From Coleofasciculus sp. B1-GNL1-01 (lineage in GTDB: Bacteria > Cyanobacteriota > Cyanobacteriia > Cyanobacteriales > Coleofasciculaceae): a DNA stretch of 64,000 nt. Shown here in pieces: positions 28,050-37,752 of this stretch (its first letter is position 1; every line of letters starts with the position of its first letter). Where the stretch lies: NCBI GenBank assembly GCA_040220235.1, contig JAVJTO010000118.1; one strand, 5' to 3'. The position numbers and the translations under genes were made by a program. The notes under the pieces are model-generated. The model did no database searches, had not been told where the DNA came from, and worked only from the letters and a program-made list of their open reading frames with translations.

Positions 28050-30449
28050 TCATTGGTTATCCTTCTGGTTTTCGTCATCCGGCTGGATGTTTTCTTCCAT
28101 CCGTTTCATCAAGAGCTGTTTGGCTTTGAGAATATCGGATTCGGTTCCATAGTGATTGTGATAGTAATAGTAAGATCGGGTGGTATACCCTTTAACGCCG
28201 TTGGCAACCACTCCTAACACGGTAGCGTTAGAAATTCTCATACTATCTAGGGCTTGCATTAATGCCGAGCGATCGCTCTTACCCAAGCCCACTACCATCA
28301 TCACACCATCAGCGTGAGCCGCCAAGAGACGACCATCTGCTAGTCCTAATACAGGTGGTGTATCGTAAATCACTAGGTCAAAAACCGCATGAAATTGTTC
28401 CATCAAATGTTGCATCTTCTTGGAACACAGCAGCCGACTGGGATCAGGGGGGACTTGTCCGGCGGTGAGAACATACAACCGATCCCACATCGGTAGGCGT
28501 TGGATTGCTTGTTTCGCCGTTAATCCAGTGGCAATGACGTTACTTAAGCCCACTTGGTTGTCTAGGTTTAAATAGTGATGAACTTGAGGGCGTCGTAAGT
28601 CCGCATCCACCAGCAACACTCGTTGACCCATGGCGGCGGCGGCTTGGGCGAGGTGGACGGAAACAGTAGATTTTCCTTCTGAGGGGGTAGCTGAACTAAT
28701 AATAATGGAGTGAACGGGGGTATCGCTACCCAGAAACCGAATATTCGTCTGTAGCGAACGGAATGATTCTAAGAAGGGAGAAGCATTGTAGCTGCGGGAT
28801 GAGCGGCGAGATTTTTCACCATTGGCGGAAGGGGAAGCTGATGCCACCTGGGTTAAGTTTGCCGTAGACATCATCTGTTGTTTGAGTTGTTTTTGGTAGG
28901 GGATAATGCCCAGTAGGGGAAGTTTGGTTAAGTCTTTAAGTTCATCGGGAGAATGGAAGACATTATCCAACCGTTCGATCAGCAACGCCACGCCCATGCC
29001 TAACAATAATCCCGCGATCGCACCTAATGTGATATTGCGCTGGGTATTGGGCCACACGGGGATTTCTGGAACTTGCGGTTTGACGATAATCTGCCAGGGT
29101 AAGGCTTTCTGGGCGGCTTCAATTTCCAGATTTTCCCGCACCGCCAGAAAGCGATTTAAGCTATCGGTGGCGACTTGGAGTTCTCGCTGTAAGTCTGTGT
29201 AGCGGCGGGCGATGACGGGAATTTGTTTGACCTGGAGGTTGAGCATTTGAGCCGATCGCGCGATCGCACTTTGTTTGACTTGCAAGACTTGCAGTTGATT
29301 AGTCGCTTGCACCAGTTGCTGGGTCAAGTTTGTGCGAATCGAATTGGGGGAAGCACTGGAAACCCCAGCCTCGGTCAGGCTTGCGCCCAATACGTTTTGG
29401 GATTCTTGGTTGAGTAAGGGTAAGAGATTATCCCGTTTCTGGCGCAAGGCTTGCATCGTGGGACTTTGTGGCGTAAACCGCGCCGATTCGAGGGCGATCT
29501 GGGATTCAAGTTCCGCGAGTTGGTTGAGTAACTGTTGGTAGCGAGGGGCTTCACTGAGGGTTACAGTAGCAATGGCTTGCTGAGGTGATAATCCCAACTG
29601 TTGTAAGAGCGTGTTATAAAGCGATCGCGTTTCTTGATACTCAACCTGAGTTTGCAACTGCTGCTGTTCGATCGCACTCACCCGTTCGGATAACTCTTGG
29701 GCTTGGATTTCCGGGTCGAGGAGGTTATGCTGTTGGCGAAAGGCTTGCAATTGTCCTTGCAGTTTATTCACGCGATCGCGCAGCACAGGTAATTGGTCAT
29801 CCACAAACTGAATTCCCTGTTTCAGGTTCAGTTGTCGCTCTTGCAGGGAGTAGCGTAGATAGCCTCTAGCAACTTCATGTAAAACCCGCCGTACTCTTTC
29901 CGGCTCAGTATCCCGATAACGCCCTTCCAGAATCTTGGTGTCCCCCAGTCGGCTGACAATTAGCTGACTCATTAAGGACTCGTAACCGACCTCAGGATAA
30001 TGCTTATGGATCTCTTGGACAATAGCCTCCATTAGCTGAGGACTGCGTAACACCTGAATCTGGGTATCATAATCCAGTGTGGAATTCCGTCCATCACCGC
30101 CACCCACCACGTCTGTGAGTTTGTCTAAGTCTCCTTCCTCCGTTACGGGTTCGACCAACAGTTGAAACTTGCTCTCATACTTCGGTGTCTGATTCAACGT
30201 CCAAAAACTGATCCCCGAGGTCACTGCGATCGCGACTCCAGCAATCACTAACGCCCGACGCCGAATCACGTTGACCAACTGTCGCAATGTCCATTCATCC
30301 GGTTCAGGTTCCGGAGGTGGAGTCCGGTAAACCATCGGTGGTGAATACTGTGGCTGTTTCCCGTTGCCGTTGGGTGATAATGGTTGTTGAATCTGACCGA
30401 TCTCCATCTTCCCCCTACTCCTTCTGCGTGGATTGAGCGCGTTCGTCAA
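28050..30449 (-). CDS. wzc: Polysaccharide co-polymerase / BY-kinase (Wzc/GumC)
   Basis: Two TM helices around a coiled-coil periplasmic domain; Walker A PSEGKST, DADLRRP, DTPP; C-terminal Tyr cluster YYYY. Start uncertain (30449 or 30407). Confidence 0.92.
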   Translation of the reverse strand: MTNALNPRRRSRGKMEIGQIQQPLSPNGNGKQPQYSPPMVYRTPPPEPEPDEWTLRQLVNVIRRRALVIAGVAIAVTSGISFWTLNQTPKYESKFQLLVEPVTEEGDLDKLTDVVGGGDGRNSTLDYDTQIQVLRSPQLMEAIVQEIHKHYPEVGYESLMSQLIVSRLGDTKILEGRYRDTEPERVRRVLHEVARGYLRYSLQERQLNLKQGIQFVDDQLPVLRDRVNKLQGQLQAFRQQHNLLDPEIQAQELSERVSAIEQQQLQTQVEYQETRSLYNTLLQQLGLSPQQAIATVTLSEAPRYQQLLNQLAELESQIALESARFTPQSPTMQALRQKRDNLLPLLNQESQNVLGASLTEAGVSSASPNSIRTNLTQQLVQATNQLQVLQVKQSAIARSAQMLNLQVKQIPVIARRYTDLQRELQVATDSLNRFLAVRENLEIEAAQKALPWQIIVKPQVPEIPVWPNTQRNITLGAIAGLLLGMGVALLIERLDNVFHSPDELKDLTKLPLLGIIPYQKQLKQQMMSTANLTQVASASPSANGEKSRRSSRSYNASPFLESFRSLQTNIRFLGSDTPVHSIIISSATPSEGKSTVSVHLAQAAAAMGQRVLLVDADLRRPQVHHYLNLDNQVGLSNVIATGLTAKQAIQRLPMWDRLYVLTAGQVPPDPSRLLCSKKMQHLMEQFHAVFDLVIYDTPPVLGLADGRLLAAHADGVMMVVGLGKSDRSALMQALDSMRISNATVLGVVANGVKGYTTRSYYYYHNHYGTESDILKAKQLLMKRMEENIQPDDENQKDNQ

Positions 30450-30669
30450 AAAATCATTTTACCTTGTTTAATTGTGTATCAGGTTGGCTCAAAATCGTCA
30501 CGAATACCGCTGAAATTTACAAATTTGATCGGAGTAGGGAATCAGCCATCAACAATCAACCCTTGATTCCCTCTCTCTCCTACAATACTGATAATACTGA
30601 TTCAGGCATCAAATTATCGACTGAAATTCCTCAAAAACGGTAACACAAGCGACAATATCCCTCTTTTCT

Positions 30670-30697
30670 GTAGAGACGTTGCATGCAACGTCTCTAC
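30670..30697. repeat. 28-bp GTAGAGACG palindrome
   Basis: GTAGAGACGTTGCATGCAACGTCTCTAC; relatives at 1294-1321, 49897-49924, ~46884-46903 and 36182-36210. Confidence 0.85.
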
Positions 30698-30723
30698 TAA
30701 CGGCTATTACGCCAGCCGACGCT

Positions 30724-32226
30724 CTAGAATCCAAAAAATCTAAACACAGAGAACACGCTGCCAATAGGACTGACAATTGTACCCAAGGTATCCGTGACTC
30801 GGGTCAAACCGGAACGTCTGACGATAATCACATCATTGGGGCGCAATGGCGGATTGCTTTCATCGTTAACATCGGCAGTAAAATCCACCTCGATTTCCCG
30901 TTTTTTAACAGTACCATTGGGTTGGAGACGAACCAACTCCACAGAACTCTTACGGGCGCGGCGATTATCAAATCCGCCAGATGCGAGCAAGGCTTGATTT
31001 AAGGGAGCGTTAGCAGGGATGGATACTGTACCTGGTTTCTCGACTTCTCCCACTACATTGACATTGATAATTGCCGCCGAGAAGCTAGCTGATGCTAATT
31101 CCGTCGCTTCTAAAGCAGTCAGGGTTTCGGCTTCAGGAACTCGAATCGTGTCTCCCTGTTGTAAAATCACATCTTCGGAAAGATTCCCTTCTTGTAGGAG
31201 TTCCCAAAGATTGACGACGATCACTTGCTCAGTACCATCTCTGGTGGTGCGTCGCACTTCAACGTTGCGAATATCGGCAGATTGAGTAATACCTCCCGCC
31301 ACTTGAATTGCTTGAGTTACCGTTGGTGGTTCTGTATTATTACCACCGCCGCTACCCGCCTGATCAGCCGTAGCCGCTCCCGATGTAGCGGCTGTTACCG
31401 TATAAGGACCCGGACGCACCACTTCCCCGACGACGGCAACTTTAATTGGCTTAACCGCCTCTGGCGAAAAACTCGCGGTTGCCAGTTGACGGCTTTCTAG
31501 GGGGTCAATTCCGGTAGTGGTAGGGATAAAGATTTCATCACCATCTCTCAACGTCACGTCTTGGGATAGATTGCTATTTTGTAATAAGTCCCAGAGATTA
31601 ACCGTATAAGTTTGTCGGGTATCTGAATTCGTCAGACGGCGGATTTGCACATTTCGCACATCAGCCGAGCGACTAATTCCACCAGCAAGCTGAACCACTT
31701 GAGTCACGGTGGGAAATTGTTGCCCTTCGTTCAGGGTGACGCTGTAGGAACCTGGACGATTGACTTCCCCGGCGACGGCAATTTTTAGGGGGCGAGCATC
31801 AATCAGGGTGAGGGTAACTAGAGGGCGTCTGACATAGGGAGCGTATCGCTGAGAAATCCGTTCACTAGCCGCATTAATGGTTAATCCTTCCACAGGGATA
31901 CTGCCAGCAACGGGTAAGTTGAGGGTACCATCGACTAAAACCTGGTAGTCTCCACTGTATTCGGGAACATCAAAGATGGTTACGCCCACGCGATCGCCTG
32001 ATCCGAGGGTATAGGGTAAATCTGGTGGTGGATTCGTAACCGTCGTTGGTTCTATGGGTGAAAATGTCGGGACTTGCGCCATTCCCGGAAGCGGTGCGGT
32101 TACGGCAAAAAAGGCGAATAGGGTTAAACCTGCCACAGATGGCGTTAAATGCTTGCTCAAGTTGATCCTCCCGATCCCCATGGTGCGAAAATTGTCAATG
32201 GGTCTTTTAATTCTCAGTTTAGTCAT
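30724..32226 (-). CDS. wza: Polysaccharide export protein with SLBB domains (Wza/OPX family)
   Basis: YTLGSGD...VLVDGTLNLP export motif; three VxGEVxxPG SLBB repeats; C-terminal amphipathic helix. Confidence 0.9.
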   Translation of the reverse strand: MTKLRIKRPIDNFRTMGIGRINLSKHLTPSVAGLTLFAFFAVTAPLPGMAQVPTFSPIEPTTVTNPPPDLPYTLGSGDRVGVTIFDVPEYSGDYQVLVDGTLNLPVAGSIPVEGLTINAASERISQRYAPYVRRPLVTLTLIDARPLKIAVAGEVNRPGSYSVTLNEGQQFPTVTQVVQLAGGISRSADVRNVQIRRLTNSDTRQTYTVNLWDLLQNSNLSQDVTLRDGDEIFIPTTTGIDPLESRQLATASFSPEAVKPIKVAVVGEVVRPGPYTVTAATSGAATADQAGSGGGNNTEPPTVTQAIQVAGGITQSADIRNVEVRRTTRDGTEQVIVVNLWELLQEGNLSEDVILQQGDTIRVPEAETLTALEATELASASFSAAIINVNVVGEVEKPGTVSIPANAPLNQALLASGGFDNRRARKSSVELVRLQPNGTVKKREIEVDFTADVNDESNPPLRPNDVIIVRRSGLTRVTDTLGTIVSPIGSVFSVFRFFGF

Positions 32227-32685
32227 ATTTATTACAGATGTCTTGGCTCATGCGTGATCAGCTCACATTACCGTTGAAGCCAATGGGGACGAAAAAGTTC
32301 ATTTTGCCAAACCGTTAAACTCTCAAGACCTGAATCAGAATTCCCTGCTGAATCAGATGGTCAATATGCTGTTTAACTTGACCCCCAATGCTGTGATATC
32401 CAGGGTTTCGGCGATCCCCAAAGGCTTATTTCAGTGCCATGGTTTGAGGGGCTTTACACAACGTAACATCATTCCGTTTAATTTTGCCAACCCAGCGATA
32501 TTCCTGTCAATGTTAGGGAGAAGGCTCGTCTCAACTATGATCAATATATAGACTCGTTTCGAGAATACCTGTCGGTGTAATTGGAACCGTCTGTTCCAGC
32601 AACGTAATCGACTACGTCTTCCCAAAAAGCCAATTATGCTAAACAAATATTTTTATATTTTTAATATTTTAATTTTTGATAAATT

Positions 32686-33612
32686 ATGACCATGAAATTT
32701 ATTAGTCCAAAAACTGATTTTGCCTTCAAAAAAATATTTGGCTCGAAGGACAGCAAAGATATCTTGATTAGCTTTTTAAACGCTTTAATCTATAATGCCA
32801 ATCCAGTGATTCAGGATTTAGAAATTATTGACCCGTATAATCCTGGGGATGTTGTCGATTTAAAAGACAGCTATCTGGATGTTAGAGCTGTACTGGATAA
32901 TGGATCAACGGTGTTGATTGAGATGCAAGTGCTTAACGTGGCGTCCTTTGAAAAGCGGGTCATTTATAACTTGACGAAAACCTATGCTAACCAATTAAAC
33001 TATGGGGAAGGATACTCCCATCTTAAACCCGCGATCGCCTTAACGATAACGGATTTCCAGCTCTTTGACCAGACTCAGCGGTTCCTGACTCGTTTTGGCT
33101 TAAAGGAAAAACAGGAATTATTTGACTATACCGATCCGGAAATCGAACTAATTTTTGTCGAATTAACCAAATTCAATAAAAAGCTTGAGCAGTTAGACAA
33201 TTTAACCGATAAATGGATTTACTTTATTAAAGACGCTCCCAGCTTGGAAGTCATTCCACTCACGTTTAGACAGGTTCCCGAACTCGAGAAAGCCATGAAT
33301 ATTGCTAACCAAGCGAATTTAAGTGTAGAGGAATTAGAAAAAATACGTAAGCGAGAGGTATTCCTTGAAGATCAACGGGGATTTATTGTTAAGGCAAAGC
33401 AGGAGGGACGAGTAGAAGGACGAGTAGAAGAAGGAATCCGATGGACATTACGTTTACTGGAGCGTCAGTTTGGGTCAATTCCGCCAGCAATCATTAATCA
33501 GATTCAAAACTTGTCTGTTGAAGAATTAGAAAGTCTAGGTGATGCTATTTTAGATTTTAACGATTTAGAGGAATTATCGGTTTGGTTACAAGACAATACA
33601 AAGGGCAGGTAA
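32686..33612 (+). CDS. Rpn family PD-(D/E)XK nuclease with DUF4351-like C-terminus
   Basis: PKTDFAFKKIFG, LDVRA...IEMQ, DKWIYF, EGRVEGRVEEG linker, LLERQFG...LSVEELESLGDAILDF. Confidence 0.88.
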   Translation: MTMKFISPKTDFAFKKIFGSKDSKDILISFLNALIYNANPVIQDLEIIDPYNPGDVVDLKDSYLDVRAVLDNGSTVLIEMQVLNVASFEKRVIYNLTKTYANQLNYGEGYSHLKPAIALTITDFQLFDQTQRFLTRFGLKEKQELFDYTDPEIELIFVELTKFNKKLEQLDNLTDKWIYFIKDAPSLEVIPLTFRQVPELEKAMNIANQANLSVEELEKIRKREVFLEDQRGFIVKAKQEGRVEGRVEEGIRWTLRLLERQFGSIPPAIINQIQNLSVEELESLGDAILDFNDLEELSVWLQDNTKGR

Positions 33613-33700
33613 ATAAGAGCAGTATACCGATCCAGCAATCGAGAAAGCCATGAATATCGCTAACCGCTAATTTATCGGGATGATCGGGATTATCGAGGTT

Positions 33701-33761
33701 GTAGGGGCGAGTCGCTGCATATCGTAGGCGGCGTGAGAATTCAGGTATCTCGACTCGCCCT
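33701..33761. repeat. REP/REPIN-like element (GTAGGGGCGAGTCG...CGACTCGCCCT)
   Basis: GTAG followed by inverted arms. Confidence 0.7.
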
Positions 33762-33865
33762 CATCTGATGTATGCGGTGTCAGATAATTATGAGCCCTTG
33801 CAGGGGGCGACCCGATAAAATTATTTATGCTTAACTAATGGCGTAGGCGGGTAATTCTCTAATCC

Positions 33866-34627
33866 CTAATCAACAACAAACTCAGCTAATCCTAAATAGC
33901 GAATCCCTTGGGGAGTAATCTCAAAACGACAGGGTAATACCTCAAGTCCCTGGAGAACCGCTTCTCGCAAAAGTTTTCCGTAAACAGGATCAGTACTATC
34001 ACCCGGACTAAAGCGATCGCAGTCCCCCCGATTGATAAAATAAAGCATGATTGCCTTGGCTTGGGGGAGTAACTGCTGGAGTTCTTGTAGGTGCTTTTGT
34101 CCGCGTGTGGTTACGGTGTCGGGAAATAAGGCTAAGGTTCCCTGCGCCCAAGTCGTATTTTTCACTTCCAAATAAATGGGAGGCGCTTCATTCTCCCCCG
34201 TCAGTAAAAAATCGACCCGACTTTTCCGATTTGCGCCATAAACCACTTCGGGGCGAATTTGGCTGTAGCGATTGGCTAATTCCGGAATCAGCCTTTGTTC
34301 CAGGATGATCTTCATCACCCGATTGGGTAGGGCAGTATTAATCCCCACCCAAGTTGGTTGGGTGTCATTGACTTGGATCATCTCCCAGGTGTAGGCTAAT
34401 TTGCGCTTAGGGTTATCACTACGGGAGACCTGAACTAAACTTCCAGGGGTGGAAACCCCTGTCATTGGACCCGTATTCGGACAGTGGGCGACAATGGTTT
34501 CCCCGGATGTAAGCTCAATATCGGCAAAAAACCGCTTGTAGCGTCTGAGTAGCGTCCCCGTCTCTAGTGTCGGGTAACTGTAAATCCAATCGGAGCGATC
34601 GTCCATTAATTTTGGGGAATTGTTCAC
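33866..34627 (-). CDS. sfsA: SfsA family nuclease / sugar fermentation stimulation protein
   Basis: RRYKRFFAD, AHCPNTGPM, SRVDFLL, EVKN, FPDTVTTRGQKHL. True start may be 34606. Confidence 0.93.
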   Translation of the reverse strand: MNNSPKLMDDRSDWIYSYPTLETGTLLRRYKRFFADIELTSGETIVAHCPNTGPMTGVSTPGSLVQVSRSDNPKRKLAYTWEMIQVNDTQPTWVGINTALPNRVMKIILEQRLIPELANRYSQIRPEVVYGANRKSRVDFLLTGENEAPPIYLEVKNTTWAQGTLALFPDTVTTRGQKHLQELQQLLPQAKAIMLYFINRGDCDRFSPGDSTDPVYGKLLREAVLQGLEVLPCRFEITPQGIRYLGLAEFVVD

Positions 34628-34685
34628 ATTACTTAACTAATATATTAAAATGACTTAATATACAGTAACATTCAATGGACTCAAC

Positions 34686-34826
34686 ATGGCTAACTCAGAC
34701 CAACGGAAACAGCGGATCATGGAACACATAAAGCGCTCGATCACCATTCCTCAGCGAGGCTTTTCGATGAATTCCGATTCTAGAAAACAACAGATTATGG
34801 ATCATATCAAAATGACACGAGGTTAG
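34686..34826 (+). CDS. 46-aa small protein with an internal duplicated motif (not in the ORF track)
   Basis: MANSDQRKQRIMEHIKRSITIPQRGFSMNSDSRKQQIMDHIKMTRG*. GGAC precedes the ATG; the repeat is conserved at protein level. Confidence 0.7.
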   Translation: MANSDQRKQRIMEHIKRSITIPQRGFSMNSDSRKQQIMDHIKMTRG

Positions 34827-34931
34827 GATCAATTGTGATCGATTGAAATCAGCCAGTCTGTCAGGGATAGTTCTGGTTCCCCTTCTCCCCTCCGAAAGAG
34901 AAGAGGTTACAAGTAAGTTAGGTACACAGAC

Positions 34932-34964
34932 AGATCCCCGACTTCTCCCAGAAGTCGGGGATCT
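34932..34964. repeat. Strong hairpin AGATCCCCGACTTCT-CCC-AGAAGTCGGGGATCT
   Basis: 15-bp perfect stem. Confidence 0.7.
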
Positions 34965-35188
34965 TGCTTGAGGCTGTACCTCATCGACCTGAAATCTGCT
35001 GTAAATATGTGGCAGCGTAAGTCTTGAACAGAGCTAAATTCACTCAATCAATTACGCTTTGATTCAAATAGATTTTTCGATTTTAAAATAAAAATAAGTT
35101 AACCTAAACACAAGAGATCAACGAAACTTTTTGAGTCTTTTTGGCGTCCCTTAAAACGAAATGGATGACTAAAATTCAAGGCTGACTC

Positions 35189-35455
35189 ATGTTTTCAGGA
35201 AAACCCAACACGAGAAAACCCCTTTGGATGTCTCTCGCTTCATTAAGCTTACTGCTGATGATGGGTAGTTTAACGATGACCTCCTGCGGACTGGTAAAAC
35301 CTATCAGTGAAACCACGCCACAAGAAGAAAATCAGTCAACTGAGAACGATTCAGTCATAGATGCTGATCAAGACGCCGCCGAAGAAAAAACGGAGGCAGA
35401 AAAACGGTATGAAGCGGAAGGGATAGACACCACTGCTGATGATGATCCTGAATAA
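35189..35455 (+). CDS. Small acidic putative lipoprotein
   Basis: Basic N-terminus, hydrophobic stretch, MTSC lipobox-like motif, D/E-rich tail. Confidence 0.65.
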   Translation: MFSGKPNTRKPLWMSLASLSLLLMMGSLTMTSCGLVKPISETTPQEENQSTENDSVIDADQDAAEEKTEAEKRYEAEGIDTTADDDPE

Positions 35456-35601
35456 TCTTAGATGCGAATTTTACTTATATACACCAACAGTTTTGACTCA
35501 TAGGATAAAAAAGTAGCAGGCTCTCACCTCCAAGTTACAGGTTGGACGTCTAAGATATAACAGTTTTGTTATCATACAGTGATGGGTTAACACCACTGTT
35601 A

Positions 35602-36999
35602 ATGGAAAGTCAGCCAAACTACGATAGCCTAGCTACAATCCTGCGAGATCGCCGAGTTCGTCTCGCCCAGCTTATTGATTTTCCCGTCATTCTCTGGGCG
35701 GGACAATCTTGTCCACGCAACTTCCCGGCAAATCCGTTTCCATTTCGCGCCAGTAGTCATTTTCTCTACTTTGCCGGTTTACCGTTGGAAGGTGCTGCTA
35801 TTTATCTCAACAATGGCAGGTTGGAACTGTTTCTGGATGAACCCTCGCCAGCCAGTACCCTTTGGCATGGCGAAATGCCCAAACGAGAGGAGATTGCCCA
35901 ACAAATTGGTGCTGATGCGGCATTTCCATTATCAGAATTAGCCTCACGCACAGCCGATGCTGCAACGTTGGCGGTGCAAGATATCGCCACTTATCAGCAG
36001 CAAGGACAACTGTTAAATCGATGCGTCAACCGGGCTAACGCCCCCGAAGGAATTGACCGAGACTTAGCCAAAGCGATTGTATCCTTGCGCCTGTGCCACG
36101 ACGCGGAGGCATTATCCGAGTTACGCCAAGCCGCCGCTGTGACGGTAGCTGCCCATAAAGCGGGAATGCAGGCAATCGGGGGTAGAGATGTGGCAACAGA
36201 ATGCCTCTACGAAGCCACAATCCGGGGGGCGATGGAAGGGATGATTCTTGCCCACAACATGAGTTGTGCGTATGGCAGTATTGTCACCGTTCACGGTGAA
36301 GTGTTGCACAATGAACAGTATCACCACCCTTTACAACCTGGAGATTTACTGTTGGCAGATGTGGGGGCGGAAACGGAGAGGGGATGGGCAGCTGATGTGA
36401 CTCGTACTTTCCCTGTAACGGGAACGTTTTCTTCGACGCAACGCGATATTTACGATACTGTTTTAGCCGCCCATAACGCTTGTATTGAGAAAATTCATCC
36501 CGGTGTCGAATATCGCGACATTCATCTGTTAGCCGCCGCCACCCTGACTCAAGGATTAGTGGATTTGGGGATTCTGCGGGGACAGGTATCGGATTTAGTG
36601 GAACGAGATGCTCATGCTTTATTTTTTCCTCATGGCGTTGGGCATTTGCTGGGCTTAGATGTGCATGATCTGGAAGATTTAGGCGATTTAGCCGGATATG
36701 CAGAGGGTCGAGTCAGGAGCGATCGCTTTGGTTTAGGATTTCTGCGATTGGATCGACCATTACAACCGGGAATGCTAGTGACGATTGAACCGGGATTCTA
36801 TCAAGTTCCAGCTATTTTAAACGATCCAGAACGACGCGCCAAGTATCAAGATGTGGTTAATTGGAATCGTTTAGCTGAGTTTGCTGATGTGCGTGGGATT
36901 CGGATTGAAAATGATGTTTTAGTCACTCCGGAGGGTAGTGAAGTTCTCACCGCCGCTTTACCAACTGAGGCAGATGCGATTGAAGATTTGGTTCTATAG
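35602..36999 (+). CDS. pepP: Xaa-Pro aminopeptidase (M24B)
   Basis: ADVG...ADVTRT, HGVGHLLGLDVHD, TIEPGFY, GIRIENDV. Start set at MESQ. Confidence 0.9.
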   Translation: MESQPNYDSLATILRDRRVRLAQLIDFPVILWAGQSCPRNFPANPFPFRASSHFLYFAGLPLEGAAIYLNNGRLELFLDEPSPASTLWHGEMPKREEIAQQIGADAAFPLSELASRTADAATLAVQDIATYQQQGQLLNRCVNRANAPEGIDRDLAKAIVSLRLCHDAEALSELRQAAAVTVAAHKAGMQAIGGRDVATECLYEATIRGAMEGMILAHNMSCAYGSIVTVHGEVLHNEQYHHPLQPGDLLLADVGAETERGWAADVTRTFPVTGTFSSTQRDIYDTVLAAHNACIEKIHPGVEYRDIHLLAAATLTQGLVDLGILRGQVSDLVERDAHALFFPHGVGHLLGLDVHDLEDLGDLAGYAEGRVRSDRFGLGFLRLDRPLQPGMLVTIEPGFYQVPAILNDPERRAKYQDVVNWNRLAEFADVRGIRIENDVLVTPEGSEVLTAALPTEADAIEDLVL

Positions 37000-37233
37000 G
37001 TGGAGAATTTTAAAGTTAATGGTGGGGATCGTCATTTGTCATAAGCTGTTCGGCATTTAAACCTTAATGTCAATAATGGTGAAATCCTTGCCGTAGTGCG
37101 TTTAGCGAAGCCATGCCGCAGGCTTTGCATCTTGCTCGCTACATTGAGCATCTTTGCTGTTGGCTTTTGCATTTGTCCACTGTAAGTTCCACAACTCAAA
37201 TTAAAACGCTATATGTACGGATTTGAGGAATAT

Positions 37234-37722
37234 TTACAGTAGAATTTGGACAACAATTGTCCCTGAATTACTATCGACTATTTCCTCCACTCCTGAATCA
37301 AGAACTTGAATCAAGGATAAGTCGCTATCAACTGTTCCTTTTAGATAAATATCTCCGGGTAACTCACCGCCAATATCAATTGAACCGATAAAGTCTTGAG
37401 TCATCGTATTAAAGTTAAACTGAAAATACTTGCCCGTTGATACACCATCGTTAATATTATCGTAAGTTTTGATCGGGTGATTCGATGGATCAGCAAAAGA
37501 AACGGTCAAGCTTTCTAAGGCTTGAGTTGTACCCACTCCTTTTTCTGATAGTATAGCAGGAGCCGTTTTTTCATCATAATTGAAGGTTCCTGTCGCCGAA
37601 TAGCCCTGATTGCCTTGCCAAGTAAAATTAACCGTCATTGCTTCAGCGGGAGCGATGCTAGTCAGGAGGAGGCTTAAGGTTAAACTGGTTACGATAACCA
37701 GTTGGACAAAAATACGTTGCAT
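37234..37722 (-). CDS. Hypothetical secreted protein
   Basis: Signal peptide ending APAEA, followed by a beta-rich domain. Confidence 0.7.
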   Translation of the reverse strand: MQRIFVQLVIVTSLTLSLLLTSIAPAEAMTVNFTWQGNQGYSATGTFNYDEKTAPAILSEKGVGTTQALESLTVSFADPSNHPIKTYDNINDGVSTGKYFQFNFNTMTQDFIGSIDIGGELPGDIYLKGTVDSDLSLIQVLDSGVEEIVDSNSGTIVVQILL

Positions 37723-37752
37723 TTTATGGATTTGATCTAAAAAAACAATTCT

